DNA of 64,000 bases from Callorhinchus milii. Lineage: Eukaryota. Of the stretch, positions 1 through 11,559 are shown piece after piece. Below the pieces are notes generated by a model that was not told the origin of the DNA, did no database searches, and was given only the letters and a program-made list of their open reading frames with translations. Position 1 is the first letter of the stretch. Every line of letters starts with the position of its first letter. Location: positions 15,066,001 through 15,130,000 of the forward strand of contig NW_024704742.1 of the NCBI RefSeq assembly GCF_018977255.1, in the 5' to 3' direction. Made by a program: the position numbers and the translations under genes.

Positions 1-59
1 ATAGGATACTGAAGTGAATCCATACTTTGAACACGTAAACTGTAGAAGGAGAGTGGAGT

Positions 60-448
60 CACTTCTTATGGAGCCATTGGTTTTGATTGACAGCATTGGG
101 TGTAATGGGAAATACCACTGTGTCCAATGGTCTGTTGAACCATGCTAAAGTAAGTAAAGGGGTCTAACTATGTCCCAAGAGGGAGACATTTGGGAAGCTG
201 GCTAACATTACATGTATTTGACCTGGGCACCCTTGAAACAAAAGTAGAAAACATGTTCTACTCCCTTGGCGAGTACGAAAATTCATCAAAACAAACTGCA
301 ATGAAGAAACTGATCTGGTCTGTATCGGTTCGTATGGACTAACATATCTCATGTGTATGAGTGGTTCTTTAAAGCCCAAAGGTATTTTGGGAAAAGGAAT
401 GAACTATTTCTACATATCGATTTGTGTTTTTGAAAAAGTATTATTTCC
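60..448 (-). pseudogene. Decayed exon, Cys-rich tail of the last module in the window
   Basis: ctacag acceptor at 449-454; frame pieces ISFFIAVCFDEFSYS, VPRSNTCNV, PNAVNQNQW; several stops and frameshifts; 3' end uncertain. Confidence 0.5.
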
Positions 449-708
449 CTGTAGACATTTCACTACAGTGACTTAACCAGATGTGTAATATATTCAAAGC
501 TTCAGAATCTATCAATAAATAATCTTTGCATCATTGGAGTAGATGTATTAATCATTTCACAAAATCCCATGAGTCAGTTTGTGATCTATGATGCCATAAC
601 TCAATGGACTGATTGGTCTCCTTCTTTACCATAGTTCCTAACTACATTACTCTACCTTAAAAGACTTTGAATTTCCAGCTTATTGGGATTGGGAAGAATT
701 GTCCTCAC

Positions 709-806
709 TTCAATTTTAGGAACATAAGCACTCTCAAAACAAGAGATGGAATATACATGTTCCAGGGCGAACATCAAGTACAGGCGAGTCACAGGTGAGT
801 CTTTCG
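709..806 (-). pseudogene. Decayed exon (ERLTCDSPVLDVRPGTCIFHLLF)
   Basis: ttatttaacag acceptor and GAA|gtgagg donor; phase-2 join with the 964-1184 exon gives YVFINS-ERLTCDSP. Confidence 0.7.
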
Positions 807-963
807 CTGTTAAATAATGAATATTTTATAACTTGCTCCCATTCCCTTCTGATTTTTGGCTGATGCAAATTTGGTCATGGTTTAAAAAGGCAATTCAGAT
901 ACGTTGGAATTTTTTTTAAAAAAAACTAATTTTAACTTGTTCCAACTAAATGATAATACAGAC

Positions 964-1184
964 CTATTAATGAAAACGTAAGTTGGAGTAGTATAAGTAT
1001 TGCCATGTCCAAAGGGATCTGGCTGCATCACAATGGAAGAGCATTAAGCATTCCTTCCTTCCATGGCTTGAAGTACGTGTGCCATTCAATTCTTCCAATA
1101 GTTTGCCAGCCCTCTGGGCTCAAGTTGAAACTCACGTTTTAAATTTTCTTGTTTTATATATTTAAATCCTCCCCATATTAACAT
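964..1184 (-). pseudogene. Decayed exon MLIWGGFKYIKQENLKREFQLEPRGLANYWKN*MAHVLQAMEGRNA*CSSIVMQPDPFGHGNTYTTPTYVFIN
   Basis: tatcag acceptor, AG|gtctgt donor; 221 bp in one frame with two in-frame stops; best-preserved copy of the module core. Confidence 0.8.
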
Positions 1185-1342
1185 CTGATATAGATTATAT
1201 ATGGATAGAACATGGTTGGCAAATTGATCACTTTAGTCATTATTCTATAAATATATTTCGCTGCTGAATATATGGAGCTGGATAGCCATATTTGTTCAGT
1301 TATGGACCCCAGTTTCTCTTCTCTTTTGTACATTCCTGTACT

Positions 1343-1663
1343 TGGAGTCTTGTAGCTCATTGGTTAGAGCGCTCGTCTTACAAGCAAGACACCTGGGTTT
1401 AATTCCAGGCAGAGGGCGAAACCTTGGGCAAGTTTCCTTACTCCACATGCTTAATAATAATCCCTCCAAAACAAAACAATAATAAATTGTTCATTTTCAA
1501 TCCACAACTATTTGTGGGACATTGCTGTGCGCAATTGGCTGCTGCGTTTCGCCCACAAATATACGGTCAATTCACTTTACAGTATAATCTGTGAAGTGCT
1601 TTGAGACGTCTAGGAGATGTGAAAAGTGCTACATTAAATGCAAGGATTATTATTATTATTATT
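1343..1663 (+). mobile_element. SINE family A (tRNA head, CORE-like accttgggcaag block, Deu-like 3' part, L2-type tail, (TTA)n)
   Basis: A-box tagctcattggttagagc, B-box-like gggtttaattcc, tgtgggacattgctgtgcgcaattggctgc, aaatgcaaggattattatt; near-identical to the copy at 31541. Confidence 0.9.
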
Positions 1664-1759
1664 CCCCAAGAGCTTGTGACCTTGATGGTAGAGTTGTCCA
1701 GGTATAATACTGCCAATTCTTCCCAATTGTTGTAAATTAACATGTTAATTAACATTGTG

Positions 1760-2205
1760 TGTCAGCCTGCCTTAGTGGTAGCACCCTTGCTTCTGAATCA
1801 GAAGGTTGTGGGTTCAAGCGTATATTGGGACTTGAACTCACATTGTCTAAGTTCACATTCCAATGCAGTCCTGGAGATATGTTGCCTTGTCAGTGGTGCC
1901 GTCCTACAAATGATACATTAAACCAAGGTCCCGTCTGCCTGTTCAGGTGGACATTGAAGATCCCAAGGCACTATTCAAAAGGTAAAATGAGTTTCTCCCA
2001 GTGTCCTGGCCAACAATCCCCCATATAAAATTGGTCGTTCGTTTTATGGCTTTTTGTAGGACATTGCTATCTGTGTATGGGCTGCCACATTTGTCTACAA
2101 ATATAAAGTCATTACGCTTCACAACAATAATCATGCTAAGCACTTTGGGACATCCTTCCAACATGAAAGGCACTATACTAAAGGCAATGATTATAATTAT
2201 TTATT
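1760..2205 (+). mobile_element. SINE family B (DeuSINE / SacSINE1-like)
   Basis: tgtcagcc..agtggtagcac..ctgaatcagaaggttgtgggttcaag head; cctgttcaggtggac..aagatccca Deu-type core; L2-type tail. Confidence 0.85.
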
Positions 2206-2243
2206 ATCATATTGTAAATTAACAGCATCTACAATGTAATAAC

Positions 2244-2378
2244 CCTCAGGTGGGCCATTAGTCCTGAACATGTGTTCAACATTGTAGAAATTGACAACCA
2301 GAGGAATGTCACACTTAAGTACCATTCTATTTAAATACCACAGGGTATTTATCTCAAGTTGATCAGCACTGCAAGGCC
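2244..2378 (-). pseudogene. Decayed exon PCSADQLEINTLWYLNRMVLKCDIPLVVNFYNVEHMFRTNGPPE
   Basis: tatatttccag acceptor; open frame (inside ORF 2197..2493); phase-1 join to the 2809-2915 exon; donor degenerate. Confidence 0.8.
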
Positions 2379-2808
2379 CTGGAAATATAAGTAATTTACC
2401 AATAAAATTGGCAATACAAAACAACAGATTTGTTTCCGGAACCACATTGCACTGAATTGCTATTAGTGCTGATGACATCAAGGTTAATAGCAATCATTAG
2501 CTTTTTCTAAGAGAAAAATGTTCAGTCATTCAATTATCCTCTTACAGATTTATCTCACATTGAGCACTAAAATATTTTTGCTACATTTTTATAATAGAAT
2601 TTAGTTATTTATTGTGGAGGGTCAGTGGAAGATAATCCCAGTGCGTCCATAGTCATCCTCAATCTCAACCTCAGGATAGCATCTGGTAGACTTATTGGAA
2701 CATTCCTGTTTCCCCACACTCTCTATCCTTGCAGATCTTCTGAGCAATGTTATTGAATTAGTGCCAATTTGTAAAAGGTTTCCATCAGTTTTCGTGCTAT
2801 GGACTTAC

Positions 2809-2915
2809 GTCCATTGGGAATTGGATTGAAACTATCCAAAATTCTATTCACCCAGTATCTATCACAGCTGCCAGAGAAAGCAAACCATCACTCCTCCTGT
2901 CTTGGCTTTATACCG
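2809..2915 (-). pseudogene. Decayed exon GIKPRQEE*WFAFSGSCDRYWVNRILDSFNPIPNG
   Basis: tttcctgctcatag acceptor and consensus GAC|gtaagt donor; 107 bp, phase 2 to phase 1, matching both neighbours; one in-frame TGA. Confidence 0.85.
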
Positions 2916-3726
2916 CTATGAGCAGGAAATTAAATCCCTTTAGTGATTGACACTTGAACTTAACCATTCGTTCTGTTTGTGGCAGCACAACAGGAATTTA
3001 GACTGGTCTTTGTAGGTCAGAGGTAAATGAATACTGAATATTGTGAGTCATCAGGTACTTTATTCATTACACCTTTACTATGCCGTGTCTACTGTCCCAA
3101 AGGCTTTTCTAGCTTTTCCTTCTAAAGCCAGCAAGTGAGCAAACAACTCCCACTGTATTTGCATATTCAATTTCTGTCAATCGAGAATTTTGTCTGGCCT
3201 GGAAGACCATTTATCTTAAATTATTTAACATGACACAGGAATTTGCGTAAAATCTTTGAACACAATTTCAATTCAGAAACCATTTTCTGCAGTTCTTAAA
3301 AAATAAGCATTTTACAAATTACAGCTAACGTTAAAGATTTTCCATCATTCTGTGCAATCTTAAATTTTAAGATAAAATGGTTTTAGAGGAGCGTGATCAT
3401 ATTTGTAAACCAACTCACCACGATTCCTGATGCTGGCAATACTGGAAAAGCTTGTTGAATTAATGGCTGTATTTCTCAGTTGCGTGTGTCTGTATTAGAA
3501 TTTTATTGTTCTTGTTTGTTGCTAAACTCAAGACACAGCAAATCGGGGATGTATGGTCCCACTATCTTAGAACTCATTACTAGGTGGCATTTTGGGCCAA
3601 GGATGTCATTGAACACTGACTTTAATGAACATCACTGCCAATACTTTCTCAGTCTTCTATTGACTGATAGTATATATTTTTTAATCATAATTCCAAAAAG
3701 AAATTAAGGTCAGTGAACATTTGAGC

Positions 3727-3913
3727 AATATTCCCCCCCAAAAGTACAATTCAATCTACGACTGTTTGTGGGACATTGCTGTGCGCAATTGGCTGCCGCG
3801 TTCGCCCACAAACATACAGTCAATTCACTTTACAGTGTGTTCTGTGAAGCGCTTTGGGACGTCCTCCCAACGTGAAAAGCGCCATATCAAATGCAAAGAT
3901 TATTATTATTATT
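3727..3913 (+). mobile_element. 5'-truncated SINE A
   Basis: Deu-like block, gtgaagcgctttgggacgtcc and TTA tail. Confidence 0.85.
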
Positions 3914-4014
3914 AATTAGTTAATTGCAACCATTAAAGAACAGATTTCAGATTCACCTGAAGATTGGACGGTTGAATCTTAATTCCAGATAACCAAGGAT
4001 TATCGATATCTTAC

Positions 4015-4425
4015 TTCTGTTGATTGCCAAGATACCTGGATACATTGCCACTGGACTGTCTCTGAACACAAGATTTTTCATTTTGATTTACAATGTTACA
4101 TAATTAAGGAAGGGCCAAATTATCTTATTGAGGGTATACACTTTGACTCTCTTGATGGGATAGAATATTCCAAGCCAAGCCAAAGTTCAGATTTCTTCAA
4201 GCAATTAGAATTGTGAATTCCTATTTGGATTCAGAATTGTGTTCATTCAATGTCAATTCTTATTTCTGTATGCTTAAAGTTGTCCCAAATATGATTCATA
4301 ATATTTAAAATATTATAATGTATCCTTTCGAAATGTTCAACAAATATAAAACAACTCCTACAGCAGTCTGTTTTAACAACATTCATCCAATAACAGATGT
4401 TCTTTCTCACTTCATTTTGTTTTTG
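4015..4425 (-). pseudogene. Decayed exon (QNEVRKNICYW...SSGNVSRYLGNQQ)
   Basis: GAA|gtaaga donor in phase 2 matches the next exon; acceptor decayed; stops and frameshifts. Confidence 0.6.
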
Positions 4426-5028
4426 GAAAACAAAAAATGGCAAACAGAATTTAAAACTCATGAGCTGACAGTTTCCTTTTACTCTGTGTGGCATTTACTA
4501 TGCGTAATTTTTTTGTGAAATGTGCTTGGGCAGTTTCAACCCAAATCCTCGAGGGTGCAGGCATACAACTCAAAATGACTCACATTTCAGTACAAATTGG
4601 CACTAAGTTGCTCATGGCACTCAGAGAGACCACAGATGAACTGATGTGGTAAACGGGGGGGGGGGGGGGGTAAATGTTGTCTGGTGTACAAGGTTGATTC
4701 TGCTTCGATAATAATAATAATAATAATAATAGACTGTATAATTATTAATGATTCATTGAGACTCGAGAGCTTTTGGTGCTGACCTGGTGTGTTCAAAATT
4801 AAAAAAAAAATTCATTATCTAGCGGTTACATAACTTGTCTTGAGCAGCACCATAAAACACCAAATATTATTAAAAAAAGAAAATGTTGAACTTGGAAAGA
4901 AAATGCGAAGTCCATTAGTTCTTTAATGGGATAAAAACAAAGTGGCTATTCTGGAAGGTTGAGATCAAATGGGTCAAAAGGCCTTTTCATTTCTCTTGTG
5001 ATCTTGTGACAATACAGCACAGCAAATG

Positions 5029-5250
5029 AGGATAAAATTCCACCTGGATTTATTCATTTAACATAGCATTTCAGAGCATCTAAAATTTGGCAAAATCTTA
5101 AATATAGTCTTAATTTTTTAATCAGTTTTTCACAAATTCTTTCAAGAATTACAGAAAACTGGCTTCAAAGCTGAGACTCAATTTAACAATTAACCAAAAT
5201 TCTGGACATGTTCTACTGTGTTAATCTAAGCCTTGATGGAATTTTACCCA
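5029..5250. mobile_element. Palindromic MITE-like family D copy (a second copy lies at ~5670-5875)
   Basis: Similar to 36121-36366; aaatttggcaaa..aagaattacagaaa core. Confidence 0.7.
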
Positions 5251-6053
5251 ATTATTTTTGCTCACAATAGAAGAATCTGCCCAAAAAATGTTAAGAGATC
5301 ATATATTAACAGCATTGATGTGCATTCATACTCTAGTGGTTTAAATGAATTTCCTGACAAAACCATTTCCTCATAGTAGTTTTATTAATGGACTCCAACA
5401 CAAATTTCTTGTGATTGCACCCATTGTACCAATTTATAGCCCAGTTAATGTGGAAAGTGCATAAATGCATAGGCATTATCAGTGCACACACTCTTAAGGT
5501 ACCATTGCACATTAATTTCTTACCTTACAGGAGTGAAATTTAAAGAATAACGTGGTCATATTGGGCTCACATAAAAGTACTGAGATGACTGTCTAATTGC
5601 CTTTACGAGGTGGTATTCACCATTTTAGGAACCACAATACCTGAATGGATAGACGTAGAATGTGTAAACATTTAATCTGGGTCTTTGTTCACAATTTCAG
5701 AGTCTAAAATTTGGCAAATTCTTAAATACAACCTTCAGTTTTCAAGCTGGTTTTTTGTAAGTTCTTTTTAAGAATTACAGAAAATGATTTTAAAGTTAAG
5801 ACTGGATTCAATAATTTGCCACTTGGACTAAAATGTCACTTAAATACAGTAAAGAGCTTGATGGAATTTCTCCTCAATATATTGCTTTACTAATTGCTTT
5901 GGTGGAGATGGCAACTGTAATAGTTTCTTTGGTCTGTTGCCCACCAAAGGCAAAATCTAAGTGTGCTGTTATTGAGCCCACTTGTATATTGAGGGCTTGA
6001 CACCTGGTTTATGAAACTCACTGAGGCAAACAAGTGGCAATGTTAGCTGTTAC

Positions 6054-6210
6054 CTGACGTTAACTGAGGATTGATAATAGGAGTAACCCCAAAGGGAAGC
6101 CAGTGACTGGGTCTATCATGGAAGAGTGGAAGTAGGAAATCTTGTAGTAGAGGGTAGAAGTGTGCTGGAGTTAAGTTTGGAGATATTGTCGAGGAGAAAA
6201 AGTGAATATT
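6054..6210 (-). pseudogene. Possible decayed exon (NLTPAHFYPLLQDFLLPLF)
   Basis: CAG|gtaaca donor; open frame (ORF 6043..6231); weak resemblance to the 35.1-kb exon. Confidence 0.4.
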
Positions 6211-6344
6211 TTCCTTAAGGCCCAAACACAATCAGCAGAAGACACTAAAAATTACAATTGGATTATGCTGTGCTGATAGAGACATCATATGAGTTAATAA
6301 AATAAGCAGATTAAGTAGAGCATCTTTGTTCGGGGAACTAGGTA

Positions 6345-6810
6345 AAAATGGGGAGAGGTATGAAGCAGGGTGCCTCAGGGGTCTGTACTGGGACCACTCC
6401 TGTTCCTTGTATATTTAATAACCTGGATATACAGACCCAATGTAAGACAGCTATGTTTTCAGATGACATCAAGTTGGGTGGAACTATGGAATCAGAGGAG
6501 GCAGCAAAGGTCCTACAAAGAAAGCTTGATAAGATATGGTATAAGAGCTGGCAAATTAAGTTTTATAGTGATGAATGCAACGTAGTCCATATAAGATCCA
6601 AGAATGGGAAACACAAGTACTCCATGAATGGGACTGAACTTGCCATGGGGAAGCTGAAAGAGATCTAGGGATGTTATTTGATTTATCGCTCACTATGTCA
6701 TACAATGTTAAGCAGCAATAAACAAAGTAAACAGGACATTGGCCTATATTGCTAAATCAATTGAGTTTATATCCCCAAACAGCTTTCTCAAGCTGTATTG
6801 TACTCTGGCC
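6345..6810 (+). mobile_element. CR1 LINE reverse-transcriptase fragment
   Basis: VPQGSVLGPLLFLVY and MFSDDIKLGG (CR1 FADDTKLGG) in shifted frames. Confidence 0.9.
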
Positions 6811-7660
6811 CTATCTAGCTCCATCACCATCCATGGATGCACACTCCATCTCACTGAGCCAGTCCGGATTGTTGGTGTCCTTTTTGATCCTCAACTGTCC
6901 TTTCTACCCCACATCTGTGCCATGACCTGCTCTGCCTTCCCCCACATCCGAAACATTGCTCGGCTCCACCACTGCCTTTCCCCTTGGGCTTCCGAAACCC
7001 TCATTCGCACATTTATCACATCTAGGTTCGGCTACGCCAACTCCCTGCTTGTCAGCCTGCCAAACTCTTCCCTCTACAAATTCCAGATCATAATAATATA
7101 ATAATAATAATCCTTGCATTTGATATAGCGCTTTTCACGTCGGGAGGACGTCCCAAAGCGCTTCACAGAATAGACTGTAAAGTGAATTGACTGTATATTT
7201 GTGGGCAAACGCGGCAGCCAATTGCGCACAGCAATGTCCCACAAACAGTCGTAGATTGAAAATGACCAATTTATTATTGTTTTTTTTGTTTTGGAGGGAT
7301 TATTATTAGGCGTGTGGAGTAAGGAAACTTGCCCAAGGTTTCGCCCTGACTGGAATTGAACTCAGGTCTCTCACTTGCAAAGCGAGTGCTCTAACCACTG
7401 AGCTACAGGACTCCACAAAATCATCCAGAACTCTGCAGTTCGTGTTCTCTCCCGCACCAGGCTCTGGGTCACTATCACGCTCATCCTCGCCCAGCTCCAC
7501 TGGCTCTCCATTCCCCAGAGGATAAAGTTCAAAGTCCTCATCCTTGCCTTCAAAGCCCTCCACAGCTCCTTCGTACATCTGTGACCTGCTAACGTGATAT
7601 TGACCTGTCCGTTCCCTCTGCTCAGTAGACTCCAGCCTGCTCCACACGCTCCTTCTGGCA
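6811..7660 (+). mobile_element. L2 LINE 3' ORF2 fragment, interrupted by SINE A
   Basis: GVLFDPQLSF.PHI, HIRNIARL, LIRTFITSR, then LHWL.I..RIKFKVL after the SINE. Confidence 0.9.
7091..7415 (-). mobile_element. Full-length SINE A
   Basis: Reverse complement of family A; atcat on both flanks (possible TSD). Confidence 0.9.
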
Positions 7661-8205
7661 CCCCCCCTAAATTATATTATGGATAGAGGTCTTGAAATGT
7701 TTAACAAAATACAATTGATTCAAAGTGAAATGAATGCTGCTATATCGGCAAAATTGCCCTTAAAAGAGTGAACGGAGTCCAACTGAGAATGTTCCAGATC
7801 TCAAGACTGATACTTAACCAATTTAGCAGCTTCTAGACAAGATGCCTCCATACGGTGATTTCACTTGAGACCATTTTATATCCTATCAGCACAGCGGAAA
7901 AATAATTTGGAAATTTTTGTAGCACTTTATCTCGTTCAAACGTATCAAAGCACTTTACAGTAATAGCCAACGATCCTCCAGATAAATTGATTGATCACTT
8001 CATATTTGTTTGTAGCACCTTGCTGCATAACAATTAGTTGCTGTGTTTGCCAACAAATACACAGCCACTGCACTTGACAGCAGTTTTCTGTGAAGCATTT
8101 TGAACCGTTTTGATTTAGGTGCAATATCAAATGCAAAGATTATTATTTATTCTAATAAAATAAAATTTCTGCCTTATATATGCGTCACACATACTACTGG
8201 AGTCT

Positions 8206-8330
8206 AACATGCGTTTTGAATTTAGAAATTCCTAAAATATCGAATAGGGAGGGGGTGGAGTTCTGCCTCTGGCACATCTCAGTAATTCCCATTCAATACT
8301 TCAGGAATTTCTAAACTCAAACCGCATGTT
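8206..8330. repeat. Inverted repeat, ~45-bp arms (MITE-like hairpin)
   Basis: aacatgcgttttgaatttagaaattcct... pairs with ...aggaatttctaaactcaaaccgcatgtt. Confidence 0.85.
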
Positions 8331-8522
8331 TCATAAACCAAAGGAATAAAGAACGACATGCAAGACAATTACTTTTTCCAACATGGGAAACGTGAGTAGA
8401 CTCTGGAGTTGTACGTTCTTTGTTTCTCTCTCATGCTGCTGTGGTTCCTAATTTTATCAGATAGTAAATGGGACACAGAAAAGCCAATGTGCACTCAAGG
8501 AGCACTGTAATTAATTCCATAC

Positions 8523-9100
8523 ACCTGTCACTGAGGAATAGCTCATCTTTTCCGAGAGCTACTAAAGACCTGTTTGTTCTGTCTGTAGAACTGTTGGCAA
8601 TCACAGGAGCTCCCTAGCCGAGCATTTCTGAATATCTTAATAACCTGATGTATGCTTTCAAAGCATCTTTTGACCAGAGCTGTTTAATATCTATCATTTA
8701 AGTAAATGTTCTTTCCAGCAATGAATGAACTCATAGGTTAAGGGCTGATATCCCACTCTGTGTATTTGGAAACATACTGTGGTTGGTGGATGTCATTGAA
8801 AGGCTCTGAGCTTAGCCTTTCTCCTCACTGTACTCAAATGCAATTTGCAATTTAAATGCAATTCTGCGTATAAATCCATGGTGAGGGGTACACAACGTAT
8901 GGAGACAATTTGTGATATTCAGTTAAAGTTGGATAGGGTGCCACACATTCATAATGCATTGAGGCTCCATATTATGCTGCAGGCTATAGGATACAAATTC
9001 ATACCTGTCTTTGTCTTAGCTGTCCTATATTAAGAGGTGCCAATTAATATCCAGCGCTGACTACAAGGAACACCGAGGAGGTCCAGAGAGTCTATTTTAA
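8523..9100 (-). pseudogene. Large decayed exon, one module core
   Basis: gtttgtttag acceptor, gtatgg donor; ordered motifs CSQRWI, SIIWSLNAL, EFIHCWKEHL, QVFSSSRKR*AIP. Confidence 0.65.
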
Positions 9101-9334
9101 CTAAACAAACTAAACAAGTGCTATTGGTAGCTTGTTATTTTGTTTACTGTATACTGAAGTATGTTATGCTGCCATTCAGAAACACTCACAGGAACAGCTT
9201 GTGTGGATGTTATACTTCTCTATCTTTATCTACATTGTTGCCAAAAGGGAATGCAATCTCAGGAATCTGTTTGTGGTGGAAGGAAACCTAAAACATGTGC
9301 CAAGCTTCAAATGATTGTTATGTCCCTCATAAGA

Positions 9335-9775
9335 TGTTAGCCTAATTCAGCTGGTAACACTCTCGTCACTGATCAGAAAGTTGACTCCACATCAAGCTAT
9401 ACGTCAGGGCTCTGAACTCACAGTTTATTTACCTGTCACTCAATACGGCGCTGAGGTTATGCTGCATTGTTGGAGGTGCTGGCCTTCAGGTGAAATGCTA
9501 AATTAAGGTCCTCTCTGCCTGTTCAGGTGGACGTTAACGATTCCATGGAACTATTCAAAAAGAGAAAGGAGTTTCTACTGATTTCCTAGCCAGCAATCCC
9601 CCAAATAAAAGTAGTCATTCAATCCATGGTTGTTTGTAGGACATTGCTGTATGCAACTTGGCTGCTGTGTTTGCCGACAAGTCACTACACTTCACAGTAC
9701 AATCCTATGAAATGTTTTGATATCTTTCGGTGACATGATAAAACATTATACTGAATGCGAGGATTGTTAATATAA
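9335..9775 (+). mobile_element. SINE B
   Basis: Colinear with 1760-2205. Confidence 0.8.
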
Positions 9776-10046
9776 TTAGGGAAATAATTTCAGTTGTGGT
9801 ACATGTGGTGCACATATCAGTCATGTTTAGCTTTATATATTAGGTATGTACAGACCTTTATTTAGAATAATTCATAAACTGTTCTCTGCCCCCTTGTTTA
9901 CACAATGTGCACAGAAATGTTTTGAGAATAATTGATACACTGCTCCATATATCCACCGTTACTACATCAGTGTGGAAAGTTCATTGTTGAAATAAACAGT
10001 CAGGTACCATTTTTAGTCTTTCTTATTTAATACTGGCATAAACTAT

Positions 10047-10064
10047 CGCCACCAGGTGGCAGCA
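10047..10064 (+). promoter_or_regulatory. CTCF-type motif
   Basis: cgccaccaggtggcagca matches the CTCF core CCASYAGRKGGCRS. Confidence 0.6.
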
Positions 10065-10071
10065 CACTTAC

Positions 10072-10790
10072 CCTCCAGGTAAGTTTTTTTTAATCTGAGA
10101 CAAGTAATATTTTTATTTTGCATTTATTTTACATTTAGACCGTACAAAGGGCTGCAACCAAAAAGTCATGTATTTTCATCACTGTCATCTTGATTAACTT
10201 TTCTCTTGCGTGACGTGCTTCTTCATTATAAAATATACACATGTTATAAATAATAAGTAGTCGGCAGTAATTCAATCATCGGTTCTGCTAATATTCATAA
10301 ATGACTTGAGCTTCACTCTTGTTATCAGGACCTCTTGTTTGAATTATTGCTTTGTAACTCCCTGCTAAGCACCTGGAGTGTATTTATCATACTGGCGTGG
10401 AGAAATGCCAGCAAAACGTAACAGGAGACATTTTCCTCTGGGCAGACATGAGGGGTTACCACTGATGGAAATTAGTCATGTTCATCACTGTAGCCATTTT
10501 CGTCTTCCATTGGTAATAGGCATTTTAAAATGATCTTTTTTCTATATACCGGTTGCAGTTAATCATTTTAGTGCCTCAGATCTGTGGCGTGGCTCTCTAG
10601 TGCGGAGGTCAAATGGATATCTGGTGGAGAGGTTTTAGAAGTGTGAAAAACATCAATAAATCTCTTCCCACAACTGCACTGATTTTATACAGCTGGATGG
10701 ACGGGTCCCTAGGATTGTACAGAACTCCCACACAGGACTTTCACTTTTGATTTGAATTGCAGGTTACCTTGCCTGCTTTTCAAAACACAC
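10072..10790 (-). pseudogene. Large decayed exon, one module
   Basis: QI*GTKMIN, AYYQWKTKMATVM (cf. LANYWKNRMAHVL), LAFLHASMI; G|gtaagt donor at 10066-10071 in phase with the 9100 acceptor. Confidence 0.65.
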
Positions 10791-11559
10791 TTGGGGACAT
10801 GGGAAAACAGGAACAGGAGGAAGCTGTTCAGCCCATCAACCCTGTTCCATCAATTTATTAGATGTTGGCAGATCTTTTAAACCCAATTTCAGCCTTCTTT
10901 TTCTAACAAATGATAAATATTAATAATAATGCTTGCATTTGGTATTTTGCCTTATCATGTCATTGAGGCATCTCAAACCACTTGACATAAGGATTATTAG
11001 GATTATTTTCACCACATACTTAGTGCCTTGACTACTTACATATCTCTCTGTTAAACATACCTATTGATTCCACCTCTGCAGCTTTCTAGGGCAGAAGATT
11101 CAACATCTTCACAGCCTTCTGTGTGAAGAAATGCTTCCTGACCTCAGTTCTGTACGTCTTGGTTCTGATTTTAGGCCAATGGGCCCTTGTAATGCGTCTC
11201 TCTACCAGATCAAAAGTCATCTACTATCTTACCTGGAATTTTACTCTACTGTACAGCATGGGCTAAGGCTCACGTTTGGTGGTACCTAACATTGATCCAG
11301 TGCAGTATTATCCAAACAATGCCTCGCACTCTGCCTTCCTTTTGGTGTGATTCACAGCAAACTTTAAATGTTTTTAGTGAATTCTTTCATTTTTATTGAG
11401 TCTTATATTTAAAATATTTTATTGCAGGACAAATTATTTGGATTATTTTAGAGTTTAGAGTTTAAAGTAAAAGAAAAAATAATGAAAAATACGTTCCTAA
11501 ATAAAATTGCTTATCTTGAATTTGGGATATATGTACAATATGTTTGAAATTTCTGTCAA

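Noticed and set aside
730-780. SEA-domain-like VRPGTCIFHLLF (and GNLIVLFHVYF at 35.25 kb)
   Set aside because: Only one strand motif; the upstream SEA pattern is absent.
1343-1420. tRNA gene (also at 7340-7415, 31541 and 61800)
   Set aside because: The tRNA-like A/B boxes continue directly into a SINE body and tail; these are SINE heads.
964-2915. In-frame TGA as selenocysteine or readthrough in a live gene
   Set aside because: TAA/TAG stops, frameshifts, lost cysteines and TE insertions occur throughout; CGA/TGG to TGA decay is the simpler explanation.
3576-3592. Third CTCF-like motif (ttactaggtggcat)
   Set aside because: Lacks the conserved CC at the core start; too weak.
4655-4670. Poly-G (and poly-C at 22955-22970) as functional G-quadruplexes
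   Set aside because: Plain homopolymers with no supporting context; lengths may be assembly-dependent.
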